Shown one piece after another: positions 1-8,646 of a stretch of 64,000 nt of DNA. The number at the start of each line of letters is the position of its first letter. The stretch's first letter is position 1. Under the pieces are notes generated by a model. The model was given only the letters and a program-made list of their open reading frames with translations. It searched no databases and was not told where the DNA came from. A program made the position numbers and the translations under genes. Origin of the DNA: Acidimicrobiales bacterium (lineage in GTDB: Bacteria > Actinomycetota > Acidimicrobiia > Acidimicrobiales > GCA-2861595); contig DATLFN010000005.1 of NCBI GenBank assembly GCA_035540975.1, positions 9,599 through 73,598 on the forward strand, written 5' to 3'.

Positions 1-354
1 GACGGCCGACGTGACGCCGGGGACGACCTCGAACGCCACGCCGGCGTCCATCAGGGCCAGCGCCTCCTCGCCGCCCCGCCCGAACACGAAGGGGTCGCCG
101 CCCTTGAGCCGCACCACCTCCAGTCCCGCCCCGCCCCGCTCGACCAGCAGGTCGTTGATCGACGCCTGGTCGACCGGGCCGCCCGGGCGCTTGCCCACGT
201 CGATGCGTTCGGCGCCCGGCGGCGCCAGGTCCAGCAGCGAGGCGTTGGCCAGCCGGTCGTGCACCACCACGTCGGCGCGGGCCAGCACCTCGGCCCCCCG
301 CACGGTGAGCAGCCCGGGGTCGCCCGGCCCGGCCCCGACGAGGTAGACGGTCAC
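1..354 (-). CDS. cobA: uroporphyrinogen-III C-methyltransferase domain protein, 5' part only (continues past window start)
   Basis: Hand translation of the minus strand from GTG at 354 gives [35 protein letters not shown]...GKRPGG...[18 protein letters not shown]...VVPGVTS, the classic tetrapyrrole methylase motifs. It lies downstream of hemA-hemC as in actinobacterial hem operons. It is absent from the ORF track because it is truncated. Confidence 0.85.
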   Translation of the reverse strand, partial: MTVYLVGAGPGDPGLLTVRGAEVLARADVVVHDRLANASLLDLAPPGAERIDVGKRPGGPVDQASINDLLVERGGAGLEVVRLKGGDPFVFGRGGEEALALMDAGVAFEVVPGVTSAV

Positions 355-424
355 GCCGGCATTCTTGTGGCCGGGACCGGCCCTCCACCGCCCGTTCGTG
401 CTACCGGAACGTGAAACCCGCCGG

Positions 425-1321
425 TCAGGCCAGGCCCCGGAGGCTCTCGAGCAGCCACGCCCCGCCCGACTCGTCCACCAGGCGGTCGGCCAGGGCGGTG
501 CCGAGCGCCTCGGGGTCGTCGCCCGAGCCGGTGGCGGAGAGCACGATGTGGCCGTCGAGCGTGGCGAGCATGGCGGAGAGGGTGATGCGGCCGTCGCCCG
601 CCACCCGGGCGTGGCCGGCGACGGGGAGGTCGCACCCGCCGCCCAGGCGGCGGAGGTACGCCCGCTCGGCGTCGACGGCCAGGCGGGTGGGGCGGTGCTC
701 CAGGCGGGCCAGCGCCGCAAGGACGCGCTCGTCGTCCTCCCGCGCCTCCACCGCGATCGCCCCCTGCCCGACCTGGGGCAGCACCACGCCCGGGTCGAGG
801 AGCTCGGCGGCCGCGCCGGTCAGCCCGAGGCGCACGAGGGCGGCGGCGGCCACCACCACGGCGTCGAAGTCGGCCGCCTTCTCCAGCCGGGTCCCGATGT
901 TGCCCCGCAGCCCGGCGAAGGTGAGGTCGGGGCGCAGCGACGCCAGCTGGGCCCGGCGGCGCACCGACCCGGTGGCGACGTGGGCGCCGGGGGGCAGGTC
1001 GGCCAGCGCCGTGCCCACGAGGGCGTCGCGAGGGTCGCCGCGCTCGAGCACGGCGGCGATGACGAGCCCGGGCGGGGACGACGACGGCAGGTCCTTGGCC
1101 GAGTGGACGGCGAAGTCGGCCCGTCCGTCCAGGACGGCGGCCTGCACCTCCTTCACGAACACGCCCCGCCCGCCCAGCTCCCAGATGGGGACGTCCGGGC
1201 GGCGGTCGCCGACGGTCGAGACCACGACCTCCTCGGCCGGCTCGCCCAGCGCGGCGGTGACCCGGCGCGTCTGGGCGAGCGCCAGCTCGCTCCCCCGGGT
1301 GGCGGCCCGGAGCGGGCGCAC
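425..1321 (-). CDS. hemC: porphobilinogen deaminase (hydroxymethylbilane synthase)
   Basis: This is the C-terminal 298 aa of the 595-aa ORF. GTG at 1321 overlaps the hemA stop (TAGTG). Sequence: [18 protein letters not shown]...[10 protein letters not shown]...LRGNIGTRL...[13 protein letters not shown]. Confidence 0.93.
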   Translation of the reverse strand: MRPLRAATRGSELALAQTRRVTAALGEPAEEVVVSTVGDRRPDVPIWELGGRGVFVKEVQAAVLDGRADFAVHSAKDLPSSSPPGLVIAAVLERGDPRDALVGTALADLPPGAHVATGSVRRRAQLASLRPDLTFAGLRGNIGTRLEKAADFDAVVVAAAALVRLGLTGAAAELLDPGVVLPQVGQGAIAVEAREDDERVLAALARLEHRPTRLAVDAERAYLRRLGGGCDLPVAGHARVAGDGRITLSAMLATLDGHIVLSATGSGDDPEALGTALADRLVDESGGAWLLESLRGLA

Positions 1322-2583
1322 TACAGGTCGAACAGGGCCCGCAGCGCCGAGGAGAGGCGCTCGCCGGAGACGGAGCCGGCGGCCGCCTTGACCCGCACCG
1401 TCGGCTCGTGGAGCACCTTGGCCAGCAGCGACCGGGTCAGGGCCTCGACGGCCTCTCGCTCGGCCGGCTCCAGCGACTCGAGGCGGGCGGCGTACCGCTC
1501 CAGCTCGGCCACCCGCAGGTCGTCGGCCCGCCGGCGCAGGGCCACGACGAGGGGGGCCACCTGGCGGGCGGTCGCCACCGCCGTGTACCGCTCGACCTCC
1601 TCGTCGACGATCTCCTGCACCCGGTCGATCTCGCGCCGGCGGCCGGCCAGGCCCTCGTCGGCGAACGCCCGCAGGTCGTCCATGTCCAGCAGGGTGACCC
1701 CGGCGACGCCGCCCACGTCGGCGGCCACGTCGCGCGGCACGGCGATGTCGACGATGAGCAGGGGGCGGTCGGGGCGGGCCGCCATCACCGGCTCGAGGTC
1801 CTCGGCGTTGAGCAGCACTTCGGGGGAGGCGGTGGAGGTGAGCAGGAGGTCGGCCTCCTCCAGGGCGGCGCCCAGGGCGCCCAGGGACACGGGCCGGCCG
1901 CCCACCTTGGTGGCCAGGGCGACGGCGCCCGCCCAGCTGCGGTTGGCGACCATCACGTCGGAGAGGCCGGGCGTGGCCGCCAGGGCGACGGCCATGCCCT
2001 CGCCCATGTCGCCGGCGCCGAGGACCAGGATGCGCCGGGCCTCCAGGGAGCCCAGCCGCTGGGCCGCCATGGCGACGGCCGCCTGGGACACCGACGTCGT
2101 GCCGCGGGCGATGGCCGTCTGCGACCGGGCCCGCTTGCCCACCTCGACGGCGTGGCGGAACAGCCCGCCGAGGACCGGCCCGGCGGCGCCCTCGGCCGCC
2201 GCCCGCTCCCACGCGCCGCGGACCTGGCCCTGGACCTCGCTCTCGCCCACCACCGCCGAGTCGAGGCCCGACACCACCCGGAACAGGTGGGCGGTGGCGG
2301 CGTCCTCCCAGTAGGCGTAGAGGTGGTCCGAGAAGTCCTCGGGCGGGGTGAAGCCGATCTCCGACAAGAAGTTGCGCACGTCCACCACCGCCCCGTGGAA
2401 GCGCTCGGTGGTGGCGTACACCTCGGTGCGCATGCAGGTGGACAGGACGACGACCTCGCCCAGGTTCTCGCGGGACGTCAGGTCGGCCAGCGCCTTGGGC
2501 AGGCGGGCGTCGTTCACCGTCATCCGCTCGAGGACCTCGAGCGGGACGCTGCGGTGGTTCAGGCCTACGACGAGGACAGACAC
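1321..2583 (-). CDS. hemA: glutamyl-tRNA reductase
   Basis: From GTG 2583: VSVLVVGLNHRSVPLEVLER...LSTCMRTEVY...GESEVQGQV...ILVLGAGDMG. The catalytic-Cys motif and the NADPH GxGxxG are present. The upstream part of the 589-aa ORF is Arg-rich shadow. Confidence 0.93.
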   Translation of the reverse strand: MSVLVVGLNHRSVPLEVLERMTVNDARLPKALADLTSRENLGEVVVLSTCMRTEVYATTERFHGAVVDVRNFLSEIGFTPPEDFSDHLYAYWEDAATAHLFRVVSGLDSAVVGESEVQGQVRGAWERAAAEGAAGPVLGGLFRHAVEVGKRARSQTAIARGTTSVSQAAVAMAAQRLGSLEARRILVLGAGDMGEGMAVALAATPGLSDVMVANRSWAGAVALATKVGGRPVSLGALGAALEEADLLLTSTASPEVLLNAEDLEPVMAARPDRPLLIVDIAVPRDVAADVGGVAGVTLLDMDDLRAFADEGLAGRRREIDRVQEIVDEEVERYTAVATARQVAPLVVALRRRADDLRVAELERYAARLESLEPAEREAVEALTRSLLAKVLHEPTVRVKAAAGSVSGERLSSALRALFDL

Positions 2584-3200
2584 GCCTGGAGGCGCTCCTT
2601 CGCTTGCTGGACGTGGCCGGAGCGGATCAGTTCGAGCATGTCGGACTCCAGGGCCTTCCGCCAGTCCACGTCCTCGGTGGACCGGCCGGCGGCCCTCACA
2701 GCATCGCGCTCCTCGGACAGCAGAGCGGCGAGCACCTCGTACTCCGGCCCGATCTCGGCGGCCAGCCGCTCCTTCAGCCACGACGCCAGGGCCGGGCTGT
2801 GCCCGCCGGTGGACACGGTGAGCATCACCGGGCCCCGCCGCACGACGGCGGGCAGGGTGAACGAGCAGCGGGCGGGGTCGTCGGCGCTGTTGACCCACAC
2901 GCCGGCCGCCTCCCCGTCGGCGAAGACGGCGCCGTCCACCTCGGGGACGCCGGTGGCGGTGACGGCCAGCCGGTAGCCGGCGACCTCGCCCGCCCGGTAG
3001 GGGCGCTGCTCCCACGTCGCCCCGGCTGCCTCCAGGGCCCGCACCTCGGAGCCGACCTCCGACGCCACGACGTGCACGGCGGCGCCGCACGCCAGCAGCC
3101 CCTCGGCCTTGCGGGCGGCCACCCGCCCGCCCCCGACCACCAGGCAGCGCCGGCCGGCGACGACCAGGTTGACGGGGTAGAGGGGGGCGTCGACGGGCAC
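2565..3200 (-). CDS. precorrin-2 dehydrogenase / sirohydrochlorin ferrochelatase (SirC/Met8, CysG N-domain-like)
   Basis: MPVDAPLYPVNLVVAGRRCLVVGGGRVAARKAEGLL... shows a Rossmann GGGxVA motif. The 211-aa size and the position between rex and hemA fit. Confidence 0.8.
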   Translation of the reverse strand: MPVDAPLYPVNLVVAGRRCLVVGGGRVAARKAEGLLACGAAVHVVASEVGSEVRALEAAGATWEQRPYRAGEVAGYRLAVTATGVPEVDGAVFADGEAAGVWVNSADDPARCSFTLPAVVRRGPVMLTVSTGGHSPALASWLKERLAAEIGPEYEVLAALLSEERDAVRAAGRSTEDVDWRKALESDMLELIRSGHVQQAKERLQACLSSS

Positions 3201-3202
3201 GG

Positions 3203-3907
3203 CTACGACGCGGTCGTGGTGGCGCCGTCGGCCCCCTGGACCGGGCGGCGCTGCTGGTAGAACGACAGGATCTGGAGCTCGATCGACAGGTCGACCTTGC
3301 GGACGGACACGTGCGCCGGCACGGTGAGCACGACGGGGGCGAAGTTGAGGATGGAGCCGATGCCGGCGGCGACCAGGCGGTCGGCCACGTCCTGGGCGGC
3401 GCCGGCCGGCGTGGCGATCACGCCGATGGCCAGCTCCTCGGCCTTGGCGACGTCCGCCAGCTCGTCGATGTGCCGCACGATGAGGTCGCCCACCCGCTCC
3501 CCCACCTTCGACACGTCGGCGTCGAACAGGGCGACGATGCGGAACCCCCGCGCCATGAAGCCGCGGTAGTTCGCCAGGGCGTGGCCCAGGTTGCCGAGCC
3601 CGAGGATGGCGACCGGCCAGTCCTGGGTGAGCCCCAGCTCGCGGCTGATCTGGTAGAGCAGGAACTCGACCTCGTAGCCGACGCCGCGCGTGCCGTAGGA
3701 GCCGAGGTACGACAGGTCCTTGCGCACCTTGGCGGCGTTGACCCCGGACATCTCGGCCAGCCGCTCCGACGAGATGGTCCCCGGCCCGTCGGCCAGCTCG
3801 TACAGGCTGCGCAGGTAGATGGGCAGCCGGGCGACCGTGGCCTCTGGTACCCGCCGTCGGCCCCGGTCAGCCACGGGGTCATGTAACCACTTCGTGCTCG
3901 CATTCAC
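3203..3907 (-). CDS. rex: redox-sensing transcriptional repressor Rex
   Basis: VPEATVARLPIYLRSL...LSYLGSYGTRGVGY...VAILGLGNLGHALANY... is typical of Rex. rex-hemA synteny is typical of actinobacteria. The start is ambiguous: GTG 3907 or the downstream GTG (V12). Confidence 0.92.
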   Translation of the reverse strand: MNASTKWLHDPVADRGRRRVPEATVARLPIYLRSLYELADGPGTISSERLAEMSGVNAAKVRKDLSYLGSYGTRGVGYEVEFLLYQISRELGLTQDWPVAILGLGNLGHALANYRGFMARGFRIVALFDADVSKVGERVGDLIVRHIDELADVAKAEELAIGVIATPAGAAQDVADRLVAAGIGSILNFAPVVLTVPAHVSVRKVDLSIELQILSFYQQRRPVQGADGATTTAS

Positions 3908-3909
3908 AA
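3892..3909. promoter_or_regulatory. possible Rex operator (ROP)-like site
   Basis: The plus strand reads TCGTGCT-CGCA-TTCACAA against the ROP consensus TTGTGAA-N4-TTCACAA. One half-site is perfect and the other matches 4/7. The site overlaps the most upstream rex start candidate. Confidence 0.3.
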
Positions 3910-3954
3910 AGCCGGCGGCGCGGGCCGAGCGGGCGGCGCCGCCAAGCGTCGGAG

Positions 3955-4041
3955 TCAGGCCAGGACGAAGAACTGGACCAGGGCGGCGCCCAGGATCAGC
4001 GCCAGCAGGATGACGACCACGATGGTGGTCCCGGGTCTCAT
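3955..4041 (-). CDS. 28-aa hydrophobic micro-protein (hypothetical)
   Basis: ATG at 4041 overlaps the stop of the upstream gene (ATGA). The product MRPGTTIVVVILLALILGAALVQFFVLA is a single TM helix. It is below the ORF-track size cutoff. Confidence 0.4.
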   Translation of the reverse strand: MRPGTTIVVVILLALILGAALVQFFVLA

Positions 4042-4847
4042 GCGGCCTCCAGGGTGACGGCGTCGCCGGGCCGCAGGCGCAGCTCCTCGGCCGCCGACCG
4101 GCGGTCGAGGGCGACCGACACCAGCCCGTAGGAATCGACCACCAGGCCGATCTCGCCCGTCTTCAGCGCCCCGTAGGTGGGGGCGCGGCGGGCGGTGCGG
4201 ACCTGCTCGGTGCCCCAGCGCAGGGTGACGCGGTCGCCCATGGCCACGATCTCCTCGGGGGCGACGTTGAGCTGGACGTTGCCGAACCCGTCCACCCACA
4301 GCACCTCGCCGACCAGGCGGCCCTCCTCCTCCCGGGTCAGGGGGAGGATGCCGGGCCTGAGGGTGATGGCGTCGACCTCGGGGCCGAGCTCGCCCAGGTC
4401 CACCCCGTTGCACAGGTGGGCGGCGGCGGGGGCGAAGACGTCGCGCCCGGCGAAGGTGGGCCCGGGGGCGGGGAGGTGGTACTCGGCGTTGGTGAGCTCG
4501 ACGGCGCGGGTGGCCCCTCCCGCCATGGCGACGGCCGGCGCCAGCAGCCCGTTGTCGGGCCCGAGGAACGCCGTGGCGCCGTCCCCCACCTCGACCGCCA
4601 CCGCCCGCCGGTCGGTGCCCACGCCGGGGTCGACCACGGCCATCACGACGCCCGGCGCCAGGTACTGGGCGCTGCGCACGAGGGCGAGCGACCCGGCCCG
4701 CACGTCGTGGCGGGGGACGCCGTGGGTGACGTCGACCACCGTGACGTGGGGGGCCAGAAGGCGCACGACGGAGTGCACCACGCCGACGAACTCGTCGACG
4801 AGGCCGTAGTCCGAGAGGAACGAGACGGTGTCGTGCCGGCGTCCCAC
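4038..4847 (-). CDS. SAM hydrolase / SAM-dependent halogenase family protein (DUF62, SAM hydroxide adenosyltransferase-like)
   Basis: VSFLSDYGLVDEFVGVV...VDPGVGTDRR...GPDNGLL...TFAGRDVFAPAAA shows the family hallmark motifs. Confidence 0.8.
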   Translation of the reverse strand: MGRRHDTVSFLSDYGLVDEFVGVVHSVVRLLAPHVTVVDVTHGVPRHDVRAGSLALVRSAQYLAPGVVMAVVDPGVGTDRRAVAVEVGDGATAFLGPDNGLLAPAVAMAGGATRAVELTNAEYHLPAPGPTFAGRDVFAPAAAHLCNGVDLGELGPEVDAITLRPGILPLTREEEGRLVGEVLWVDGFGNVQLNVAPEEIVAMGDRVTLRWGTEQVRTARRAPTYGALKTGEIGLVVDSYGLVSVALDRRSAAEELRLRPGDAVTLEAA

Positions 4848-4888
4848 CGACGGCTACGGCCCGGTCCTGCGTGCGCTGCCGAGGGGTA

Positions 4889-5095
4889 TCAGCCCGCCTC
4901 GGTGTAGCGGTCGCCGAGGTACTTGTCCACGTCGTCCTCCCGCAGGCGGTACGACTTGCCCACCCGCACGGCGGGGAGCTGGCCGGCGCCGATCAGGCGG
5001 TACACGGTCATGTTCGACACCCGAAGCAGGGCCGCCACCTCCGCGACCGTGAGGAACCGGGCCTTCGCATGGTCTTCCCGAGCCAGTGGAATCAC
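4889..5095 (-). CDS. excisionase-family helix-turn-helix DNA-binding protein
   Basis: FLTVAEVAALLRVSNMTVYRLIGAGQLPAVRVGKSYRLREDDVDKYL is an excisionase-type HTH. GGAGAGG lies just upstream of GTG 5095. A similar small HTH gene neighbours proC in mycobacteria. Confidence 0.8.
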   Translation of the reverse strand: MIPLAREDHAKARFLTVAEVAALLRVSNMTVYRLIGAGQLPAVRVGKSYRLREDDVDKYLGDRYTEAG

Positions 5096-5191
5096 CCCTC
5101 TCCGCGGCCCGCACTGTACGTCACTGTGGCTGCTGAGGGAAGTGGGACGGATGGGGCGGACGCCGGCCCCGCCAGGGGCGGTGCCGGCCGG

Positions 5192-5992
5192 TCAGGCCGG
5201 GCCCTGCCCGAGCTGGCGCGAGCGCTCGGTGGCCGCCGCGACCGCCTCCAGGAAGGCGGCCCGCACGGCGCGGGACTCGAGGGCCCGCAGGCCGGCCGCC
5301 GTGGTGCCGCCGGGCGACGTCACCGCGGCGCGCAGCGCCTCGGGCCCCTGGCCCGACTCGGCCAGCAGCCGGGCCGACCCCAGCAGGGTCTGCACCGCCA
5401 GCGCCGAGGCGGTGCCCCGGGGAAGGCCGGCCAGCACGCCCGCCTCGATCAGCGCCTCGGCGACCAGGAACACGTAGGCGGGGCCCGACCCCGACAGGCC
5501 GGTCACGGCGTCCAGGAGGTGCTCGGGCACCCGCACGACCGTGCCGACGGCCGACAGCAGGCCCTCGGCCCACCCCAGGTCGTCGTCGGTGGCCGCCGAG
5601 CCGCCGGCGATCGCCGACGCGCCCGCCCCGACCAGCGCCGGCGTGTTGGGCATCGCCCGCACCACCCGCACGTCGGGCCCGAGCCACCGCTCGAGGGAGG
5701 CGAGCCCGACCCCGGCGGCGATGGACAGGGCACGGGGCGTGCCGGTGGCGGCGACCGCCCGGCACGCCTCCTCGACGTCACCGGGCTTGACGGCGACCAC
5801 GGCGCCGTCGGCGGCGGCCGGCTCGGCGGCGACGGCGAGGCCCGGGAAGCGCTCCTGGAGCTCGCGGCGGCGGGCGCCGAGCTTCTCCACCACCGCCATC
5901 TCGCCCGTCTCGGCCCAGCCGGCGGCGACGAGCCCGGCCACCAGGGCCTCGCCCATGCGCCCACCGCCCACGACCGTCAGCCGGAGTCCCAC
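5192..5992 (-). CDS. proC: pyrroline-5-carboxylate reductase
   Basis: VGLRLTVVGGGRMGEALVAGL...VRAMPNTPALVGAGA...SGSGPAYVF...VTSPGGTTAAGL. The start is taken at GTG 5992; GTG 6010 is also possible. Confidence 0.9.
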   Translation of the reverse strand: MGLRLTVVGGGRMGEALVAGLVAAGWAETGEMAVVEKLGARRRELQERFPGLAVAAEPAAADGAVVAVKPGDVEEACRAVAATGTPRALSIAAGVGLASLERWLGPDVRVVRAMPNTPALVGAGASAIAGGSAATDDDLGWAEGLLSAVGTVVRVPEHLLDAVTGLSGSGPAYVFLVAEALIEAGVLAGLPRGTASALAVQTLLGSARLLAESGQGPEALRAAVTSPGGTTAAGLRALESRAVRAAFLEAVAAATERSRQLGQGPA

Positions 5993-6057
5993 GCCCGAAC
6001 GGTGCTCCACGAGCGGCCCGTCCGCAACTCGATCCGCCCCGGCTCCCGTGACGGGAC

Positions 6058-7215
6058 CTACGGCAGGTAGCGCCTCGGGTTCTGGGGCGAGCCGCCGACG
6101 CGGGTCTCGAAGTGGAGGTGGGGCCCCGTCGAGTGGCCGGTGGACCCGACGTAGCCGATGACGTCGCCCTGCCCCACGTCGGCGCCGTCGCTCGTCCCGA
6201 GGCGGCTCTGGTGGGCGTAGAGGGTGGTGAGCCCGCCACCGTGGTCGATGATCACGCAGTTGCCGTAGCCGCTCATGGAGCCGGCGAAGATCACCTGGCC
6301 GCCCTTGGCCGCCCGGATGGGCGTGCCGGTGCCGCCGCTGATGTCGAGGCCGGCGTGCAGGCGGCCCCACCGGGGCCCGAACGGCGAGGTCACCGTCCCC
6401 CGCAGCGGCCACACCAGGCCGGCGCCGGAGATGCGCCCGTCCAGGCCGGGGTCGGCCGCGCTCCGCGAGGCACGGGCCTGCGTGCGGGTCTGGATCAGGG
6501 CGGTGAGGCCCGACTCCTGGGCGGCCACCGCGTCGGCCTCCGCCTGGTACTGGCGGATCCGGGCGTCCAGAGCGGCGGACAGGCGCTGCTTCTCCTTGCG
6601 GGCCTTCTGCAGCTCGCTCAGGCGCGCCAGGACCGCCTCCCGCCGCTCGGCCGCCACGTCCCGTGCGGCGGCCGCCTTCGCCTGCTCGTCGCCCAGGTCC
6701 TCCCGCAGGGCGCGCAGGCGGTCCAGCACGTCGCGGTCCTTGTTCGTGACCTGGGCCAGCAGCGAGCTGCGGCGGCTGGCCTCGCCCAGGTCCTTGGCGC
6801 CGATGACGCCGACGATGGCGTTGTCCTTGGGACGGACGTAGACGGAGACGGCCCGGTTGATGACCGCGTTGTGCATGGTGGCCATCTCGGTCTCCGTGGC
6901 CTTGATCCTGGCCTCCGACTCGGCCACCGCGGCCAGCGCCGCCTGGACCGCCTGGCGGGCCGCGTCGGCACCCGCCTGCTGGGCCGCCACCTGCTGGTCG
7001 AGGGTCTTGACCGCCTTGGTGAGCTGGGCGTCGGAGGCGCGGAGGTGGTTCAGCTCCGCCGCCAGCTTGGCCCGCTTCTGGCGGGCCGCCTCACGCTTCT
7101 CCCGCATGGCGGCGACCGATTCGCGGGCCTCGGCGGGCGTGGCGAGGCTCAGCAGGAGCAGGGCGACGACCGCGGTCAGGAATGCATGCGCTGCGTTGCC
7201 GTGCCTTCGACGCAC
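6058..7215 (-). CDS. secreted M23 family metallopeptidase with N-terminal coiled coil
   Basis: Signal-like FLTAVVALLLLSLATPAEA is followed by a long Ala/Gln/Arg coiled coil. The C-terminus reads HAGLDISGGTGTPIRAA...GNCVIIDHGGGLTTLYAHQ...GSTGHSTGPHLHFE (HxxxD and HxH motifs). Confidence 0.88.
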   Translation of the reverse strand: MRRRHGNAAHAFLTAVVALLLLSLATPAEARESVAAMREKREAARQKRAKLAAELNHLRASDAQLTKAVKTLDQQVAAQQAGADAARQAVQAALAAVAESEARIKATETEMATMHNAVINRAVSVYVRPKDNAIVGVIGAKDLGEASRRSSLLAQVTNKDRDVLDRLRALREDLGDEQAKAAAARDVAAERREAVLARLSELQKARKEKQRLSAALDARIRQYQAEADAVAAQESGLTALIQTRTQARASRSAADPGLDGRISGAGLVWPLRGTVTSPFGPRWGRLHAGLDISGGTGTPIRAAKGGQVIFAGSMSGYGNCVIIDHGGGLTTLYAHQSRLGTSDGADVGQGDVIGYVGSTGHSTGPHLHFETRVGGSPQNPRRYLP

Positions 7216-7274
7216 CCAGCATCTCCCCGCGGGTTCCCGGTTGGAACTCGGGAAACGGTAGTGACCTTCGTCAC

Positions 7275-8510
7275 CTACGCGCAACCATCATCGACCGCAA
7301 CAGGCGCGCGGCGGCTCCCGCAGAGGAGCACCCGATGGCCCGCCGCCAGCACGGCGGCGGCCGCCGAGGCGGCCCCGAGAGTCCACCGGGCGCCCGCCGC
7401 CAGGCCCATCCCGGCCAGTACCGGGCCCGCCGTCTGGCCGGCGCGGGCGAAGCCGACCCAGGTGGCGACCACCGCCCCGCGGCTGCCCGGCGGCGCCTCG
7501 CCCGCCACCTTCTCCTGGAGCGTGGCCACCAGCAGGCCCTCGCCCGAGCCGTACAGGAGGAGGCCGGCCGCCACCGCCACGAGCGACGGGACGGCAGCGA
7601 CCACCGCCAGGCCGGCGGCGACGCCGAGCAGCCCGGTCATCACCACCGTCGCCGTCCCCGTGCGCGCCGTGAGCCGCCCGATGGAGAGCGCCCCTAGGGT
7701 GGACGTGGCCGCCGGCAGGGCCAGCACCGCACCGCGTCCTCCGGCGGAGAGGCCGAACTGCTCGTCGAGGTAGACGGGCAGGACGGTGAGGAGCAGGAAG
7801 ATCAGCACGAAGACGGCGGCGCCGAGGACCATGGGCCCGAGCACCGACCACGACCGCAGGGCCGGTGCCGTCGCCGCCAGCTGGCCGCGCAGCGTGCCCG
7901 GGCCGGGCGCCGACGCCGGCAGCCACACCATCACGGCGGCGGCCGTCGCCAGCGCGATCCAGTACGGCGCGAAGGTGGCCCGCCACCCGCCCACCTCGGC
8001 GAGCAGCCCGCCGATCGGGGGCAGGACGACGAGGGAGGCGGTGAGCGTCGCCGCGTTGCGCCCGATCCGCCGCGCCCGCTCGACGCCGTCCCAGTGGTCG
8101 CCGATGATGACGACAGCCAGGTTGATGAGCCCGGCCGAGCCGATCCCCTGGAGCGCCCGCAGCCCGACCAGCACCTCGAAGCTCGGGGCGAAGGCGGCCA
8201 CGCCGCCCGAGACGCCGAAGAGGGCGAGGCACGGCGTGAGCACGCGCCGCCGCCCGAACCGGTCGGCCAGCACGCCGATGACGGGCGCCAGGACGATCCC
8301 GGGGGCGGTCGTCGCGGCCAGGAGCAGCCCCACCCGGTCCCTGGCCACGCCGAGGTCGGCGGCCACGTCGGGCAGGGCGGGGATGAGCAGGACGTGGCCC
8401 ATGATCCCCGTGAGGGTGACGGCCAGGACCAGCGCGAACGGCGGCGGCCCCGCCCGCCGGGCCCGTCCCGTCGCGGACGCGCCGAGGCCCGAGGAACCTG
8501 CGGGCGTCAT
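7275..8510 (-). CDS. MFS transporter
   Basis: From ATG 8510 there are about 12 predicted TM segments and the MFS loop motif VLADRFGRRRVL. Confidence 0.8.
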   Translation of the reverse strand: MTPAGSSGLGASATGRARRAGPPPFALVLAVTLTGIMGHVLLIPALPDVAADLGVARDRVGLLLAATTAPGIVLAPVIGVLADRFGRRRVLTPCLALFGVSGGVAAFAPSFEVLVGLRALQGIGSAGLINLAVVIIGDHWDGVERARRIGRNAATLTASLVVLPPIGGLLAEVGGWRATFAPYWIALATAAAVMVWLPASAPGPGTLRGQLAATAPALRSWSVLGPMVLGAAVFVLIFLLLTVLPVYLDEQFGLSAGGRGAVLALPAATSTLGALSIGRLTARTGTATVVMTGLLGVAAGLAVVAAVPSLVAVAAGLLLYGSGEGLLVATLQEKVAGEAPPGSRGAVVATWVGFARAGQTAGPVLAGMGLAAGARWTLGAASAAAAVLAAGHRVLLCGSRRAPVAVDDGCA

Positions 8511-8646
8511 TCGCACTTCCCCGAACGAATGGCGCCGTTCCGCCCCTCGGGCCCTGCGGCGCCGATCAACGTAGCGCCCGGCGGCGGGGCCGACAAGGGG
8601 GAAACGGAGGCGCCGGCGGGCGCCGGCGGCACCTACCGACCGGCCG

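Noticed and set aside
365-2314. A 649-aa plus-strand ORF, with several others, lies antisense to or overlapping hemC/hemA.
   Set aside because: The translation is Arg/Gly/Pro/Ala-rich with no motifs. The opposite strand encodes unmistakable HemC and HemA. This is a typical GC-driven shadow ORF.
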